A stretch of DNA of 63,960 nt, filler included, from Phoronis australis (Eukaryota > Animalia > Phoronida): assembly GCA_002633005.1 (NCBI GenBank). It is 6 parts of 6 records of this genome, joined end to end, with 100 filler letters (N's around TTAATTAATTAA, not from the genome) between each part and the next. Parts side by side here need not be neighbours in the genome. Positions count along the whole stretch, not along the records: positions 1 to 31,347 come from NMRA01000122.1; 5 more parts are not named here. One strand, 5' to 3'. Of the stretch, positions 1 through 14,100 are shown piece by piece (positions within the stretch are counted from its first letter, which is position 1; the number at the start of each line of letters is the position of its first letter). The notes below the pieces were generated by a model. The model did not search any database and had not been told where the DNA came from. It worked only from the letters and a program-made list of their open reading frames with translations. The translations under genes and the position numbers were made by a program.

Positions 1-404
1 CTTTTGGGAATTTGTGGCCACCTGTCGAAGACTTGCACCAGGGAAATTAGCAGTAATAAGGCTTAGCGCGACGACGTATTTTGATAAAAATTGCATCTTT
101 TACCAGTTGTTTACATGCAGACAGCCACGCATGCGCAATTCAATCACCACTAGTACAGGAGCGACACCGCGAGGTGAATTCTCCGAATAGCCCCATTCAA
201 GCTTGCGCTTGCGTAGACCGTTAAAGACGGGTTGCAGAGCATGTTCGCGTTTCAGTAGGGGGGATAGAGACCCACTCTTAACACCAGCGTGCACCCCAAT
301 ACCACACAACGCAAAAACTGTTATCACGGACACAGCACTTTTACTGTGGAATCAGAATTCCAACCAGGCACTCGTGCCACGAACGAATAAGGTAGTGTTA
401 ATTG

Positions 405-900
405 ACAGCCTCGTCCCCAACCTCAAGATGGCGCTGATTGGATTGGCCATTTGAGGCTTGGTTACTGGAAATACCTTCTGCGAAATGATTGGCTGCTGCC
501 TTGACGTCATTAAAATAAACGCAGATTTTTAATTATTTTCACAAGCGTTGTTGCTGCCATTCATGCGGCAGAACGCATTGTTTTGGTTATTTTTTAAATA
601 AAGGTTGTTGGCGTATTTATTTTCAATTCTTTTTTATCAATAGTACCATAAAAATAATCTGTTTTCAAATCAAAATGCATCATTTTTGAAATAATTTGGA
701 CCTAAATTGATGCAATGTACCGTTAGTTTTCATTTTTATATTACACATGCAGAAAATTTCAAAGTAGAATAATTTTACTTTACTCGTGATATTCCTGCGA
801 TTTCCGTAAAAATGTGTCGGAATTCTGACACTTTTCAATTCTCATAACCATGAATGGTTAAACTGATCATCGCCATTTTGAGGCTTGGGAACGAGGCTGT
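405..900. mobile_element. Non-autonomous DNA transposon (MITE) with ~30-bp terminal inverted repeats
   Basis: Left end ACAGCCTCGTCCCCAACCTCAAGATGGCG is the near-perfect reverse complement of right end CGCCATTTTGAGGCTTGGGAACGAGGCTGT; AT-rich non-coding interior; no clear TSD. Confidence 0.7.
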
Positions 901-3036
901 GCTAATTGATAGTGAGGACGTTGTCTGCGATTCGGCTAGTGAATAACCTACCTGCCACAACAAACCTGTTTTGAATGATTCAAGCTCTTTGGTGCGGCGG
1001 GTGCCGGGGGGGTTGCAACGGAGGTGGCTTTTAGATGGCGGTGGCCGGGGGTGTTTTCGGGTTTTTTGTCGCAACACAGCAGTTACTGATCTCATAAGTC
1101 GGGTTACACACACAAAATTCAAGAATCGCAACAAGTCTATCAACGCCGAATGTTGACGGTCTACTTGTCTGATTACCAGGTGTGTAAACAAGTGACATGA
1201 TTGCTTAAAAGCAACGCTACCTGTTAGCGTAGCGGGGTGTTACAAACAGCGCCACCTGTTTGTGGTAAAGCCTTAGATGAGTGGGTACCTTTTGCAGCTG
1301 GCTGCGCATATTTTGCCTAAATGCATTGGTTTTCACCTTGACTGCATAAGATTTGCACCCAGCTACAAATGTGCAAATATATCACCACATTTCAAGAGAT
1401 AGAAATTCCTTCAAATCCCAAAGACCACAATGAAATGTAATCTAATGTTGGTGATATGCCGGTGCGAATTATCCGATGTTGTAAGTTACTGTTAATTTCA
1501 AGTGCACATAATCAATTTTCCCACAGCATCATGAGAAATACCCCTGCCAAGATATTTGAATACGCTGATTCACAGGAACTCCCTTTCTAGGATTTGTATT
1601 TTGGAGATTCAGGTCGAGCCTCCATATCAGATCCTACTGTGATCTGTCTCATGATTTATATTTTATTGTGCCTCAAAACGTAAAAATATTGATGCGTTAG
1701 GACTCGTTTATAATAAATGCGAATGAACGTACATGTCAAATCTTGGAAATATTGATAGCGCTTATCGTGAAATTTCGATGCGTCGGCAACTCGATAAATC
1801 GCTCTTGTGTTTTTACCTACTGATCCTACATTGTACAGTGTACAGTTAGTTCTTTACCTATGAGCAGGTTCCGCTTTCAAAAACGCCGCAGATAGGAGAT
1901 GAAACAAACCAGGTATCGCAATCAAGCATATTAGTATGTGTGTCCGCCTTTGGAATGGACCGTAGTTTCCCAGGTACGTTAAAATCTCATCGAACTTCAT
2001 TCTGATCGTATGTGCAGACGGAGAGTAACTAATCTGTCTATTTCAGCTAAGATGTCTGACTTGGTGCCGATCTATCTATTACCGTAGTATTCAGGAGTAT
2101 GCCCACGGCATGCGCTTATACTAAAAATGTTGCTTTTTTCAAGAAATTTATTTTTGTTGTAACTCAAGAATCACTCATGCTATGAACTTTTATAGTCATT
2201 GTTTCACGCATTAGGTTAGTTTTGGCGATTGTACCTAAAATTGTCCATGATGGGACAGACCCATGAAGGTAGTGAGCCTAAATGCGTGGTAATACGGTAC
2301 ACTTGAGGCACGTAATAAGCTGTGTTATATAACGGTCGTGTTCCTATCAGTGGTCATTTTATCAATAGACAAATAAATATTTCTTAATTGACGTCAACGT
2401 CAGGTTTGCATAGATATATTACGACAGGGGACCTTTTCAGTCTTTTGGCAACGACGGTATTACCATCACTGTGACCAACTCCGGTCGAGACGCCATGTCG
2501 TCTGCAAATGTGAATGCTCATGTACAAGTACTGCGGTGCAACAAATAGCGACAATTCGTGATGGAAACAACTAAACTTGTCATTTTTTATTTTTCCAAAT
2601 TCAGTTGTTTTTCTATCATTCATATTGCTAGATCCTTTACCAAAACGCGTGTACTTTATGCTTTGAAGTTGTTGACTAAGCCATACAGGGATTGTCTATG
2701 AATAAGCGCAGTAGTAAAGCACTCAAGTTGAGTAACCTGCAATGTAGCAAAGGAAATACATTTAAAACAGAGAAAGCACAACTAAGAAGGTTTTGTTTAA
2801 TTTTGCTGCGATGTGAAAATATAAAAAGTAATTCATGACGCGGAATATTTATTTGTTATTTGCTTTTTTATTTATTTACTTGGGACAACGACAAATACTT
2901 TAACTGTAACTGCTAAACTCGTTTCAATAAAAAATCAATGCATCTCAACATTCGTAATGGATAATTGTTACCTCCGGCACTTCAAGAGTAGGTATGTTTG
3001 TTCACGTGTATGTGTGCGTGAGCACGTGTTTGCGTT

Positions 3037-3072
3037 TGTGTACGCGCGCGCGCGCGTGTGTGTGTGTGTGTA
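3037..3072. repeat. (CG)7(TG)7 alternating purine-pyrimidine microsatellite
   Basis: tgtgtacgcgcgcgcgcgcgtgtgtgtgtgtgtgta read directly. Confidence 0.9.
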
Positions 3073-4774
3073 AACATCTTTCGTTGACGGATGCTTTAAC
3101 GAGTGCTTGTCCTCTAGTCTATTCGCACAAATCGACAATCAATTCGATTTTGGAAATGGTCTAATGATGTTCACGACTTCTTCTTGACTTATTAGGCCCA
3201 GTCTAGAATGCACAGGTCTAATTTATGCACAAGTATATATTCAAAGCTTTCTGGTCAACGACTGGATATACAGGTAGAACAGATTAGGAAATTTCATAGT
3301 CCCATATATGTTTATTTTTTATTATAGCTGAGAACATCTCTGGGGCATAGGGCCACTTGCATAAAACAGGAAGTCATCTTTCCATGTTATTCAAGTACTT
3401 CTGTTTTAGTGTATAGTTTAATAGGTTTTCCTATTTGAAAAAAGACAAACATTTGGCCCCGATTGCAGAAAACGGGATCGATATGTTATCCCGATGAAGT
3501 TTTGATTATATTTTGCAACACCTGGCCTGGGCCTTTTGGGCTTATACCACTGGCGAATGTTGTATCAAAGAGAGAGTGGTCGAGTGAGCCTTTATGAAGA
3601 CAACCGTAAGACCGAGTGACCCACAAACACTGTTAGAGGACTACAAACCCGCAGTCCATAACAAAAACTTCTGATTTAGACCACGACCGGTATCAAACTG
3701 GTCTTAAATTGTTCCTTAGTCACATTGAAATGATACCAGGGTTTTGAAAGAACTTGTACTTCGTTACTGCTTGTGACCCCGCTCTACAAGTATTGGTTTT
3801 CTCACGGCTTGTCATTTTATTTGCCGAGCATGAACTCAACGAATGGCGAACTTTCCGTCCGTTGCAAACACACAAACGTCAACTTCTTATCTGGACCAGC
3901 CTCTTTCCGTAAACAGAATTATCTGGTTCACAGGTTTGCAAAGCCTGGTATGCCGTCATCAAACAGAACTGCCTAAAATCCGCCTTCAGTAATCGAACGT
4001 GGTGATTCCGAGGATTTTGGAAACGCCCATTTACCAAAAATGATGTAATGTCCTAAAAGGGCCTCAATTAAATTCTTATGGAAAAAGGACCAAGGCTTTG
4101 TTAAATACTAAGAACAGAGTCCTCATTGTGCTTTATAGCCTGTCATGAGAGGACAGCTCAATTTGTTGACTGTTTTGCTACCTAGTATAGGTCCGATAAC
4201 GTCAGAGTTGAGGAGTCGTGAGCTTGAAATATTTTAATGGTTCTTTTAAATGCCAATTTTGAAAAAAAAAATCCATTTGCCCATATCTTCCTAAGTATTT
4301 TCCACATATGAAACACGTCCTTAAAAGACCCATGGTTTCGATATTTTTCAATAAAGGCACTTTCGAAATTTCCCGATATGAAGCAGGCGAAAGTTCTTCT
4401 AATGCTTTTTTGCAAAGAGACGCCAATTAACGTGAACTAAATCTAATATCAATTTGAATATATTTGCCGAGGCTGTTTTTAACTTTTGGAATGCGCATGC
4501 TTGGCCGACGCCTCTCACGGTAAAAATTCTCTCTTACTTTCTTTTAAATTTTCAAATCACAAACTAGAAAATTTTTGATCGACAGGCATCGAAAACACTT
4601 GTATGTAGTGATCAGTTCTAAATACACGCTAATCGCACCTGATTCAAGTCACATGTTGGACAATTATGTATAGAATCAGCAATTAACCAGTGTGTTTTAA
4701 TTAGATATAGTAAATATATAGACGCTGAGATTGGCCAGTAGTGAAATATATCAAATAAACACAGAAAAACCAGG

Positions 4775-4847
4775 AACCCCAACTGGGAATCGAACCACAG
4801 ATCTCTAGATTGCCGGTCTAGTGCTCTTACCACTTAGCTACTGAGGA
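4775..4847 (-). ncRNA. tRNA-like sequence (pseudo-tRNA / tRNA-derived SINE-type head)
   Basis: Minus strand TCCTCAG-TAGCTAAGTGGTAAGAGCA-CTAGA CCGGCAA TCTAG-AGATCTGTGG TTCGATT CCCAG-TTGGGG: A box, B box, 5-bp anticodon stem, then a T5 run; T-stem imperfect. Confidence 0.65.
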
Positions 4848-4931
4848 CCCGAAATCTTTGCAAAGCTCGTGTGAGAAAGGCGAAATGCTGTTCATGGGAT
4901 GTATGAAATAACAATTGGCACAGAAATCGGA

Positions 4932-5004
4932 TCCTCAGAAGCTCAGTGGTAAGAACACTAGACTGGCAATCTAGAGACCCTTGGTTCGATTCCCAGTGGG
5001 AGTG
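4932..5004 (+). ncRNA. tRNA-like sequence (pseudo-tRNA / tRNA-derived SINE-type head), anticodon position GGC
   Basis: TCCTCAG-AAGCTCAGTGGTAAGAACA-CTAGA CTGGCAA TCTAG-AGACCCTTGG TTCGATT CCCAG-TGGGAG, then a T6 run; mismatches in D, T and acceptor stems. Confidence 0.65.
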
Positions 5005-5183
5005 CCTGATTTTTTGTGTTTAATTGACATATTTCACTACTGGCCAACCTCAGCGTCTATACACATTTGCGTCCGACTGTACCGCGCCATTTAGCTCGCT
5101 TTTAACATCTAGGATATGTTTTATTCTTTTTTTCTCGGTGGGCATATTATTTCAGTCCGAGCGAGTCTTTTCACCCAGTTCTT

Positions 5184-8100
5184 TCAAAGATACGCCTCCT
5201 CCTCTTTCACATTCAGAGCGGGATTGTCCTCTCCCACTTCTATAGTTTTTCCATCCTCCACCAGGTGGATAGCACTCTTTGATTTCTTCACCTTCTTGTC
5301 AAGTGTACCTTTGACGCTGAAACAAAATGGAAAACTACTTATTGTAATATAAGTCCTGTTATTTTTGATTTGATATTAATGCTCACAGCCACTGTCAGCT
5401 CATCGTTATCGTAATTAAGGCGGGCAAGCACAATTCCGAAGGGAAAGTACCTTTGTATGCTTCAAAAACGTCATGCCGACGGCGTTTTTGGACGTGTCCG
5501 TGGGGGTGGACTCATAGCCCTTCCCCCTTCCTGCGTCCGTGATTAGTTGTAATTAGAATGGGTGTGATCAATGTTGTCTAAGGGTAGTTTCCTGACAAGA
5601 ACTAAAGGCACTCGCATTTAACGTGCTTATATCAGAAACTCTTCCCGAAATGCCCAAAGATCCTTTCGCCTTCTCTCCAGTGTAAACAATATTGAACTAA
5701 AGCTATTTCAAACACATATTGGCATCTAATGAACACACCCGTTCTACCTCAAGATAGCACTGCTACATTACACTTTGTTTAATCCAGTAAAGAGCAGTAT
5801 GATGCCCGGTTTAATAAATCAATGTGTTTTACCTGGTGCGTGGCACTGTAATTAACATATGGTCACGTGTTAGGCTGCGAGATTCTTTGCATACCTAAAG
5901 TTGATGGGCACGCTAAAAAGCACTTGCTATGCTTGAAAAAAGGGGAAATGCTTACACTTTAAACTGCTGCGGTTTTCTAGTAACGAGTATCTCATTCATC
6001 CTTTAAAACCCATAGTTCCACAATTATTTCTTGCTGTTGCATGCTTTTTTGATTTGTTCAGTACTATATCACCACATGAGTTTATCCTTCTGTGAAAAGA
6101 AGGAATATACAGAATATTTGTACTTTTAATCGTTTTAACCGTAAGGGTTGAAATTTACTGAAGCATCTTTTTGACCAAGCCCAAGGGAGGAAGCTTCAGA
6201 TTCCAACAAAATACTCACCAGATAATTATTTGACAAGCATCGCGACTTACAGTTTCTAAAAATGTCAGTTATACACATGTGAAAAAGACCAAGGTCCTTG
6301 AATTTAATAATTACATTCTCCATCATTTTTACATATTGCCTAGCTCTCACCATAACATCTCACTATATCACCAATTACTGTAACAAGACACTGCTATTTA
6401 AAAAATATCCTATCTGAAAATGTTTGAATCCAGTCATAAGGGCCAATACCTGGATCCTCATGTCGAAGTACGATGTTTTAAACAAGGGGATTTTTTTTGA
6501 CGCCAGCTATATGAGAAGGCAGCTTTTTGTGTACACACTTATCCAGAAAATCCACATTATTAATAGAAAAAATCGGCTTATGCATTCAGGACTCTTTTCG
6601 TGTGACGGCTCGAGCAGACATTGTTAACATTTTTTTTCTGACTAAAACGTATTGTCGCTGAACTAATTACACAAATCTCGGGAAAAATCACAAATGAGAC
6701 ACGATTTCACATCCCGCAAAAGCCTGTTCTATGTTTTCTAGTTACACGCTACACTATGATATGGTGTATTTTAGGGATTTATTTGAGTAACACTTTGTTA
6801 TACACGCGGACCTCGCTGTTTGAGTATAATGGCGTTCTGTAATTTGTTCAGGATACCAAAGTCGCCCCCCGGAACCTCCACAATCATCACCCTTTTCAGT
6901 CTTGTATCATCACCACTTCCACTCTTGCCACATACCCCATCACAACCAATTTGAAGCGAGTGTTGTCACACAAAAATAGTTAATAGATAAAGTTAACACA
7001 GAAGGGGACGGTTCGTACCCCCCCCCCCCTCCCGATCTACTCTTGTTGGGATTCCGATGGTACCAAAACCCTCTAAATTAAAAAATACCTTCCTATCCAC
7101 TTAACGTATACAAATCGTGATGTTTGTAGTGCTTATTTTTATAAAACTGATGTGTAATCACTATACCTGAGTACTAAAAAGTGCAGGGTATACTCATTAA
7201 AAGTACACGTTGATCACTAAGCCGGACAAACGTTTGACTTTTTGCTTGTACTTAACTAGTTGAATACTACTAAATCACACTGGTTCCGTATTCACACTTG
7301 CTATATCCTTTGCTCGCTTTCACATTGAATATGGCCAAATCAGGCAGTTGAAAATTCGCAAAAATTCTCAATTTTGTAATAATCAGTACTTAATATTTAA
7401 ATATCTATCTTTAATATCAAACGTGTTTCTGCATCTCAAGGTCAGATACATTCACAGAAAAAATCTTTGTTATCCCTAACTTTCAAGATGGCTCAATAGT
7501 CCTGTATATTTGACATCTTTTTACTGAAATAAGTGTCGAAAAACCTGTTTTTGTAAGATCAGCATAAAAACGAGAAAGAGGCTTGTACCAGGAAGTCTCA
7601 AGAAATTCTGGGAGGTCGATGTAGAACTACCCGTAGGTGCTATCAGAAACTGCTACTTAAATAGCTTAAAATCATGGATATCGTGAGTTTTGGACCGTGT
7701 TCGAAGTATTCGTCTTCATTTTACACTGTAACGCCCTGTACTTCAACACCAAGATAATACAAACCCAATTTAACTTTTGTGTCTCGATCCTTCCTGGCCG
7801 TACACAACGGGCACAGTTGTATGCTTAGAATTGTCTAGTCATGGAATTTGCCATACAGACCTACAACTATAGATGAAGTGGTTGAGAGACAGTCTCGTCC
7901 GGGCCCCTGTATGACGTACCTGTAGTCAATCAATTGGCAATCTTCTACCGTTTCCGGTAGTTTGTGACCCTTAGTCTCGGGTAGTAACAGCGACAGAAGA
8001 CCTCCGATGACGCAGACAGAACCAAATATTATCGGTGGCAGTACAATGCCGGGAACACCGGGGACAAACTTGCCCTGAAACGAACATCGACATGTACAAA

Positions 8101-11100
8101 ATAATTTGGTGATTACTTTCAAATACAAAATAACCAGATTTCACGCCACAAGAGGGGAAAATGAACCTGGCATAAATTCTCATAAATTTGGAAATGGTTA
8201 ACGTTTTCACATATGGAAGCAGTATAATACCGCATACATTTGTGGAATTTTCATAGGAAGCGACATAGAAATCTCACCAGGAGGCATCCTTGAGTGTTAA
8301 CAAAGGCATTATATTTGTCGTGTTACGAGAAATTAACATAACATTCACTTGGGAAATGCACAAACCGTTCGAGGAGACGTCAGGTCAGCCTTCTTATCGT
8401 CTGACCACAAATCAGATGTGAAAAACCAACATTACAATAACGTGGTTTGTGATTGTTAAGGATCTCGCCGTAAGACCAGGCTACAACCTTTAAGCCACCA
8501 AAACGGTGGGAAAATCGCGGAAAGGACGTCCGATTGATCGTGAGGTCGTAGTTCATAGGCAGACCAAAATTCGTCGTCGCCAGTTCGATAATTTATGTTT
8601 GAAACTTCTCTCCTGCAATTTCAAATCGTGAAGGAGTCGTAGACAGGTCTTACATTGTGGTACGACTGGTCGTGCATGGTTACACTTCTAATCAGGTATG
8701 ATCGCATTTTTGCAGTGGCAGCATTGGTCAAGCAACTGATCAATTGGTAGCACAACCTGTGGCACCACCTCCTTGTTAGTTGTGCGACAATTCACGACCT
8801 GTCTCAATTCGTGCCACCAAATGTTTCATTATTTTACGTGATTAAAAACCACATCCCTCCAAATTCAACACGAAGCAGATTGCAACAGACGTTGGAGACT
8901 ACTGGCAAATTATGCCCAGTCGTGTGATACAACATCGTGCGATCCAGTTGACTTAAGACCATTCTGTCTTTGCACCGTTTCAGGAAATTTCTTAAAACTA
9001 AAATGAAAACAATTTCTCTAAAGCACACTTGTATAGCTTACCAAGTCACCAATAGGAGAAGCTAGCATAGACCCAACACGTGCCATCACAGAGCTGATTC
9101 CCAGCAACCCGTTGCGCGCTACTGTCGGATAGATCTCTACGCACCAGTAGTAAACTACAACGAAGCCATTTGTTGCCCCGAATTTACCCGCCATGGAGAG
9201 AGCGATAAGAGCTGTGTTATTGGCTGAAAATAAGATATTGGAAATTTCATTTAATGATAATGACGACATTTACCAATATTAAATTTCCCATTATTTACTT
9301 GTGAAGGTGAACCAGAAATAGTTTGTCCAGTGGGAAATGGCGCGTGTTAAACTTGAAAACAGGTAGTAAGCAAAACAAATAAAATCACAAACAAGCGAAA
9401 TCGATACATGTTCGAAAGAAATGACAGTCCATTATTCTTTAAGACATACGCCCTACAAAAATGACACGGCGTGATAATCTAATTTGAAGAGTTTAGTCTC
9501 GAGCAGTAATGAACTGCTAATTCCTTAAAAGCCCCGAAACCACTTCTAATTTGACTTAGGGACAACTTGAGACAACTTCTTATTGGTTAGAGATATAAAT
9601 CGAAAAGAGATTTTGTGATGGAAAGCCCCTTTAAGTAATGTGACAGTCCCTCAGATACAGCTAGGTGGATTGCTTCGCGTATTAAAAATTTTATTTGGCT
9701 TGCGCACTACCTGCTTCAGCCACGCACAATTTCTCTCAGCACAGGCCGATTTCCGGTTCTCGTTTACGAGTAGGCCTAAATGTAAAGAACTGACAGCCCT
9801 TTTCTCTTGAAACTAAGCTCTTCAAATTGGCTTGTCACAGCGAACCGTTTTATGCGCCCAGCATCGTCTCAAGGTAAAACGACCTTTTAGTTCAGTGCAA
9901 CACCAGAAAACATTTATCATTTAAGTAAGGAGCAAGTTGGAGTGATTAAGGCATAAATCAAACGTTCGCTTCTTGTCTGTAATTTGTGCATATTTGCAAT
10001 CAGGCTGGTCCATGCCATAGCCGTAACGCTTCTGTCATCACTTTACTCACAATCAAAATATAAGACGACGAACAAGGAACTGATGCACGCTATGCCGCCC
10101 AAGAGGTTGCCGAAGACGAACGGAGGCTTGCGTCCTATATAATGTCCCAACAAGGAAAAGGCTCTGGCGGGAAACTCAACGAGACCCAATACCATGAAAT
10201 TGAAAAACACGTCTCCACCGAGGTTGCCACTGTTCAACGACAATCCGTAATAAACCATACTGACTGCGAACCTAAAAAAAAACAAAGCACGACTTGTTTT
10301 TTAATATTTCGCGTATTTATTATAACTTTAGAGCTTATAATTTGGGAGATGTCGATGAAATAAGAGTCTTTCATGAGTTACTGCACTTTATGTTTTTGCA
10401 TTTTTCTCTGCGAATTCTTCTGTGTTCATTAGAGGAGCGCTAAATTAAACTCTGTTGCCTTTCTTCATTAAAACAACGTCATAGCATACCCATATTTTGT
10501 TTGATTTGAAATTGGTTACAATTAAACTTCTATAACTCCACTGAAGGTTTTATTGCTTCCTATTTTAACGGTAACTTCTTAAATCTAAAGTTAAACAGTG
10601 ATGGGTCGTGCACCATCAGAAATTGAGAACTTTTATGTTAAATGGTCTATATTTTGAAAAAAGTGATTTCACGTTATGAAATGAGCATCACTTGATATTA
10701 AGATTTGACAAAGTTGATGGGCGTTTGGTATACATAAAGTGAAGTGGAAAGAAATATTTTAACTGTTACTCCACAGTGACTTGTTGCTATGATTTACACA
10801 GCATTGCCTAACAATTCTTAATTTTTGTTGTATCGAGCTCCACCAGTATTTTGTTGGTGGAATTTCAGTGCTTCACACTAATTTTGAATGTTAAGCTGTC
10901 GATGTTAAAAAGTGAGAGGTCATACCAGTTAAAAAACATAATTAGTGTTCTCATAATAAGTTTGGGTGATTTGGTCATTTCCTTCGGTAACTGCAGTATG
11001 GAGACTATCTTTGCGCCTTCGGTGTCTTCTTTCATTACATCGAATAATTTTTCAGGTAGTTCTTTCTTGTTGGCCTAAAACAACCAGTTATAAATTACAG

Positions 11101-14100
11101 TTAAGGCAATCCTCAATGTCTAAAGACTTCTCTAAAAAATACCTCCACCCTAGCTTCCCTCTTCTTATGTAATAGTCGAGACAATTAGTCAGTATGGAAT
11201 TTCAATTTACAATGTACTTTCAGTTTTACTAAACATACCAGTCAGGAACAATTAAGGAAAGATTGAAAACCAAATATCAAAAATAAATATTTTCAATTAT
11301 ATTGTCTTTTGTCCAAAATAGTTCATCAGTTTGATAACGCATGCTAGTAAAGGTTCTCAGACACAAGCAAAAGTATTTCTTTTACATTTAGCTTTCGAAA
11401 TCCATGGGCGGAGGACTTCGTCAGAATGACACGGACTTGATGGCACATGCGCTGACAGCGCCCGATTGTAGATATCTGGAAACTCAATGTCACGAAGGAA
11501 GAAAACAGGATACAGTGAAAAATCAATTACTGGACCTTGCTCTACCTAAGTTTGGATATCCCGATTAGACCCTAAAACATCACTCGCCTGGTAACTGCAG
11601 TTTTGGAGATCCCCCGGACAGTGGGATAGTGTTTGCGTCGTTGTGTTACCTTATACAGTCAAGGTGTTTCAGAGATATTATGCAGGATTTACTCGAAACA
11701 TAACATCAAGGTAGCCTTTCGGCCTGAAAACAATTTCCGCAGAGTGTTGTTTGCGCCCAAGGATACTACACCCCAGGGGGGCGTAATGTATCAGGTTGAT
11801 TGTGCTTCTGTGACGCACCCTACATTGGTGAGTCTGGACGGCATTTGAGGACTGGCATCGACGAACACATAAGAGCTGCAAGAACTGGCTCTCTACAATC
11901 TGCCATATCGGAGCGTGCTCAAAGGTTTGGACATAAGATTGATTGGGAGTATGTGGATATTATTGACAGTGAAAATAGAGAGATTTCCCCAGAAAAATCA
12001 GGGAAGCTATGCAGATCAAGCGTGGTAACCCCACTATCAACAGGGACGTTGGCAATGAGTTGCCACATATCCACGATCGGGTGCTGTCTGCGCATGTGCC
12101 ATCTGCGTATGATGTCTGTGTCACTCTGACGAAGTCCTCACTACCCATGGTGGACGAAAGCTGCATGGGTAAGAAATACTTTTTCTTGTGTCTGAGAGCC
12201 TTTACTAATGTATTGTCTTTGCCATGTATTACAATGCTTGTCAATCTATTTAGCAGACTAATATTTATAATCTTCTCAATATCTCTGTATCAAAGACAAG
12301 GTCTGTTTCCATAAAGGTCTACGCCTTCGAATGAGAGTGTTTGAGAAGTAGCTCACCCTAGCGGCAGACCTCAAAATCTTCTCTGCTTCCTCTTCTCTTC
12401 CTTTTGACAACAGCCAACGAGCGGACTCTGGTACTAACCTGTGTCAAATTGTGAAGAAAATATGAGCCGCACAGCGTTATATTCAAAAGACATTTTGTGA
12501 CTATTTTGGGTAGACTAAGAAGAGTAATGAACAATGGTAACAATAGATGGAGCTTTAATAATTCAGAATCGCCTCTCCATGGCCTTCCAGTGTACAACGT
12601 TAACAGCATTACTGCGTGGTACTTGCAAACTATTCACTGCGAGTCGACGTTAATATAAACTGGATATTACACAAATGTGTACCGACCCCAAGGATGAGGT
12701 CATCATGATATAGACCGAGGCCGAGGAAGAGCAACTTTGCTGTTCTGAGGTCCTTATGGTCTGATATGGCCGTAAAGAATTGGCGGTTGGTTTTGGAGTT
12801 ACTACCTGGCATGCTTCTGGATTATTGGGCCGAGACATTTTTAGATGGCTGAACTACATTTAAGTCAGTTGTTACAAGTGAATGCGTCATGGACTTGTAC
12901 CGAGCTCGATACAATAAGTATCTACAGTTATATCTTAACACCTATTTCTGTTTTCCTTATTCGTGCTCAACCTAGATGGGTAGGATTTCCAGTGGTTCTT
13001 CAGTGAACCAGCTTACCACCAGTAGGTCAAATAGAGAGCCCAGGGTAGGCTGATTACAAACTGTAGTTTCCTCCAGTCTCGAAACAAGTAAGCCAGTCCT
13101 CCAAACATCAGGTAGCCAAAGGTGAAGAAAAATGAATGCAGGGAAGCCGCAGGGATTCGGAAGCGGGGACCGATTAACTCCATTGCTAAGAAGAAAATGA
13201 ATCTTTTGTTACTTTAGGACCGTTTCAAATGCTGTTCACACAGTAATGAAATCACTTTATCCTACTTTACGCCTGCTTGTGATTTAAATTACACCATACA
13301 TAACATGCAGCTGTTGGTTAAACAACGTCAACATGAAGGCCTCCCCCGTATCCCCCTCCATTTCCTATGTGCACTGATACAATTTCTGCCTTTTTCGAAG
13401 TTAAGTTATATCTTGTTGCCCCATAGGTGGATTTAAGGGCAGCAGGAGGCCACATCTGCCTCTGGGCGCTACCTAGAAAAACGGGTTGACACAAACGTTT
13501 TTCCGTCAACAGGAGTGGTCGGACCCGCCTTATTTTGCAACCTCCTACAACCACCAATGGCTGTATGTGTGCGCTGCAAAGTGCTGTGAAGGTAAAGTCA
13601 GAACGAGTTTTTTTTAACAATTGACTCCCGTTGTTATCATAATTTTAAAACAGTGGAGAGCCTTAAAGACTTTTTAAAAATACAGCTACAAGTTCCATAC
13701 CAATTACATATCCGCACATAGCCATTCCAATGTCGCAGCCTCCGACTATGAAGTGCAGAATTGTAAACGAGTAAAATTCTGGCGCACAAGCGACACCTAT
13801 GCCTGAGAGAAGCGACAGAAACGTTGCAAGCACCATTGTTTTCTTCCGACCAATCCTAAAACGGATGAAATAAGTACAGTGTTTTACAAGCAGCCAATAA
13901 AATCAGACACCAAAAACATAACTACTAGTATTTTTTGTGTTTCTTGCCACAAAATATGAAAGCACACATTATTACACTTTCTCTCGTCTCACGTTTTCGC
14001 TCTATGTCTACTACTTTGTTACCTGAAACGAGGGGAAATCTTCAAAACGGAATTATTCTGTTATTTCAATTTGTTTAACAGTTATTAGCTATTACTGGAT

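Larger units (their letters stand above)
4712..5068. repeat. Palindromic element: two ~140-bp inverted arms, each with a tRNA-like head, ~74-bp spacer
   Basis: 4717-4852 is the diverged reverse complement of 4927-5061 (tatagacgctgagattggccagtagtgaaatat vs atatttcactactggccaacctcagcgtctata). Confidence 0.85.

Noticed and set aside
4775-5004. Functional tRNA-Ala genes
   Set aside because: Broken T, D and acceptor stems, unusual GGC anticodon, and shared non-tRNA tails.
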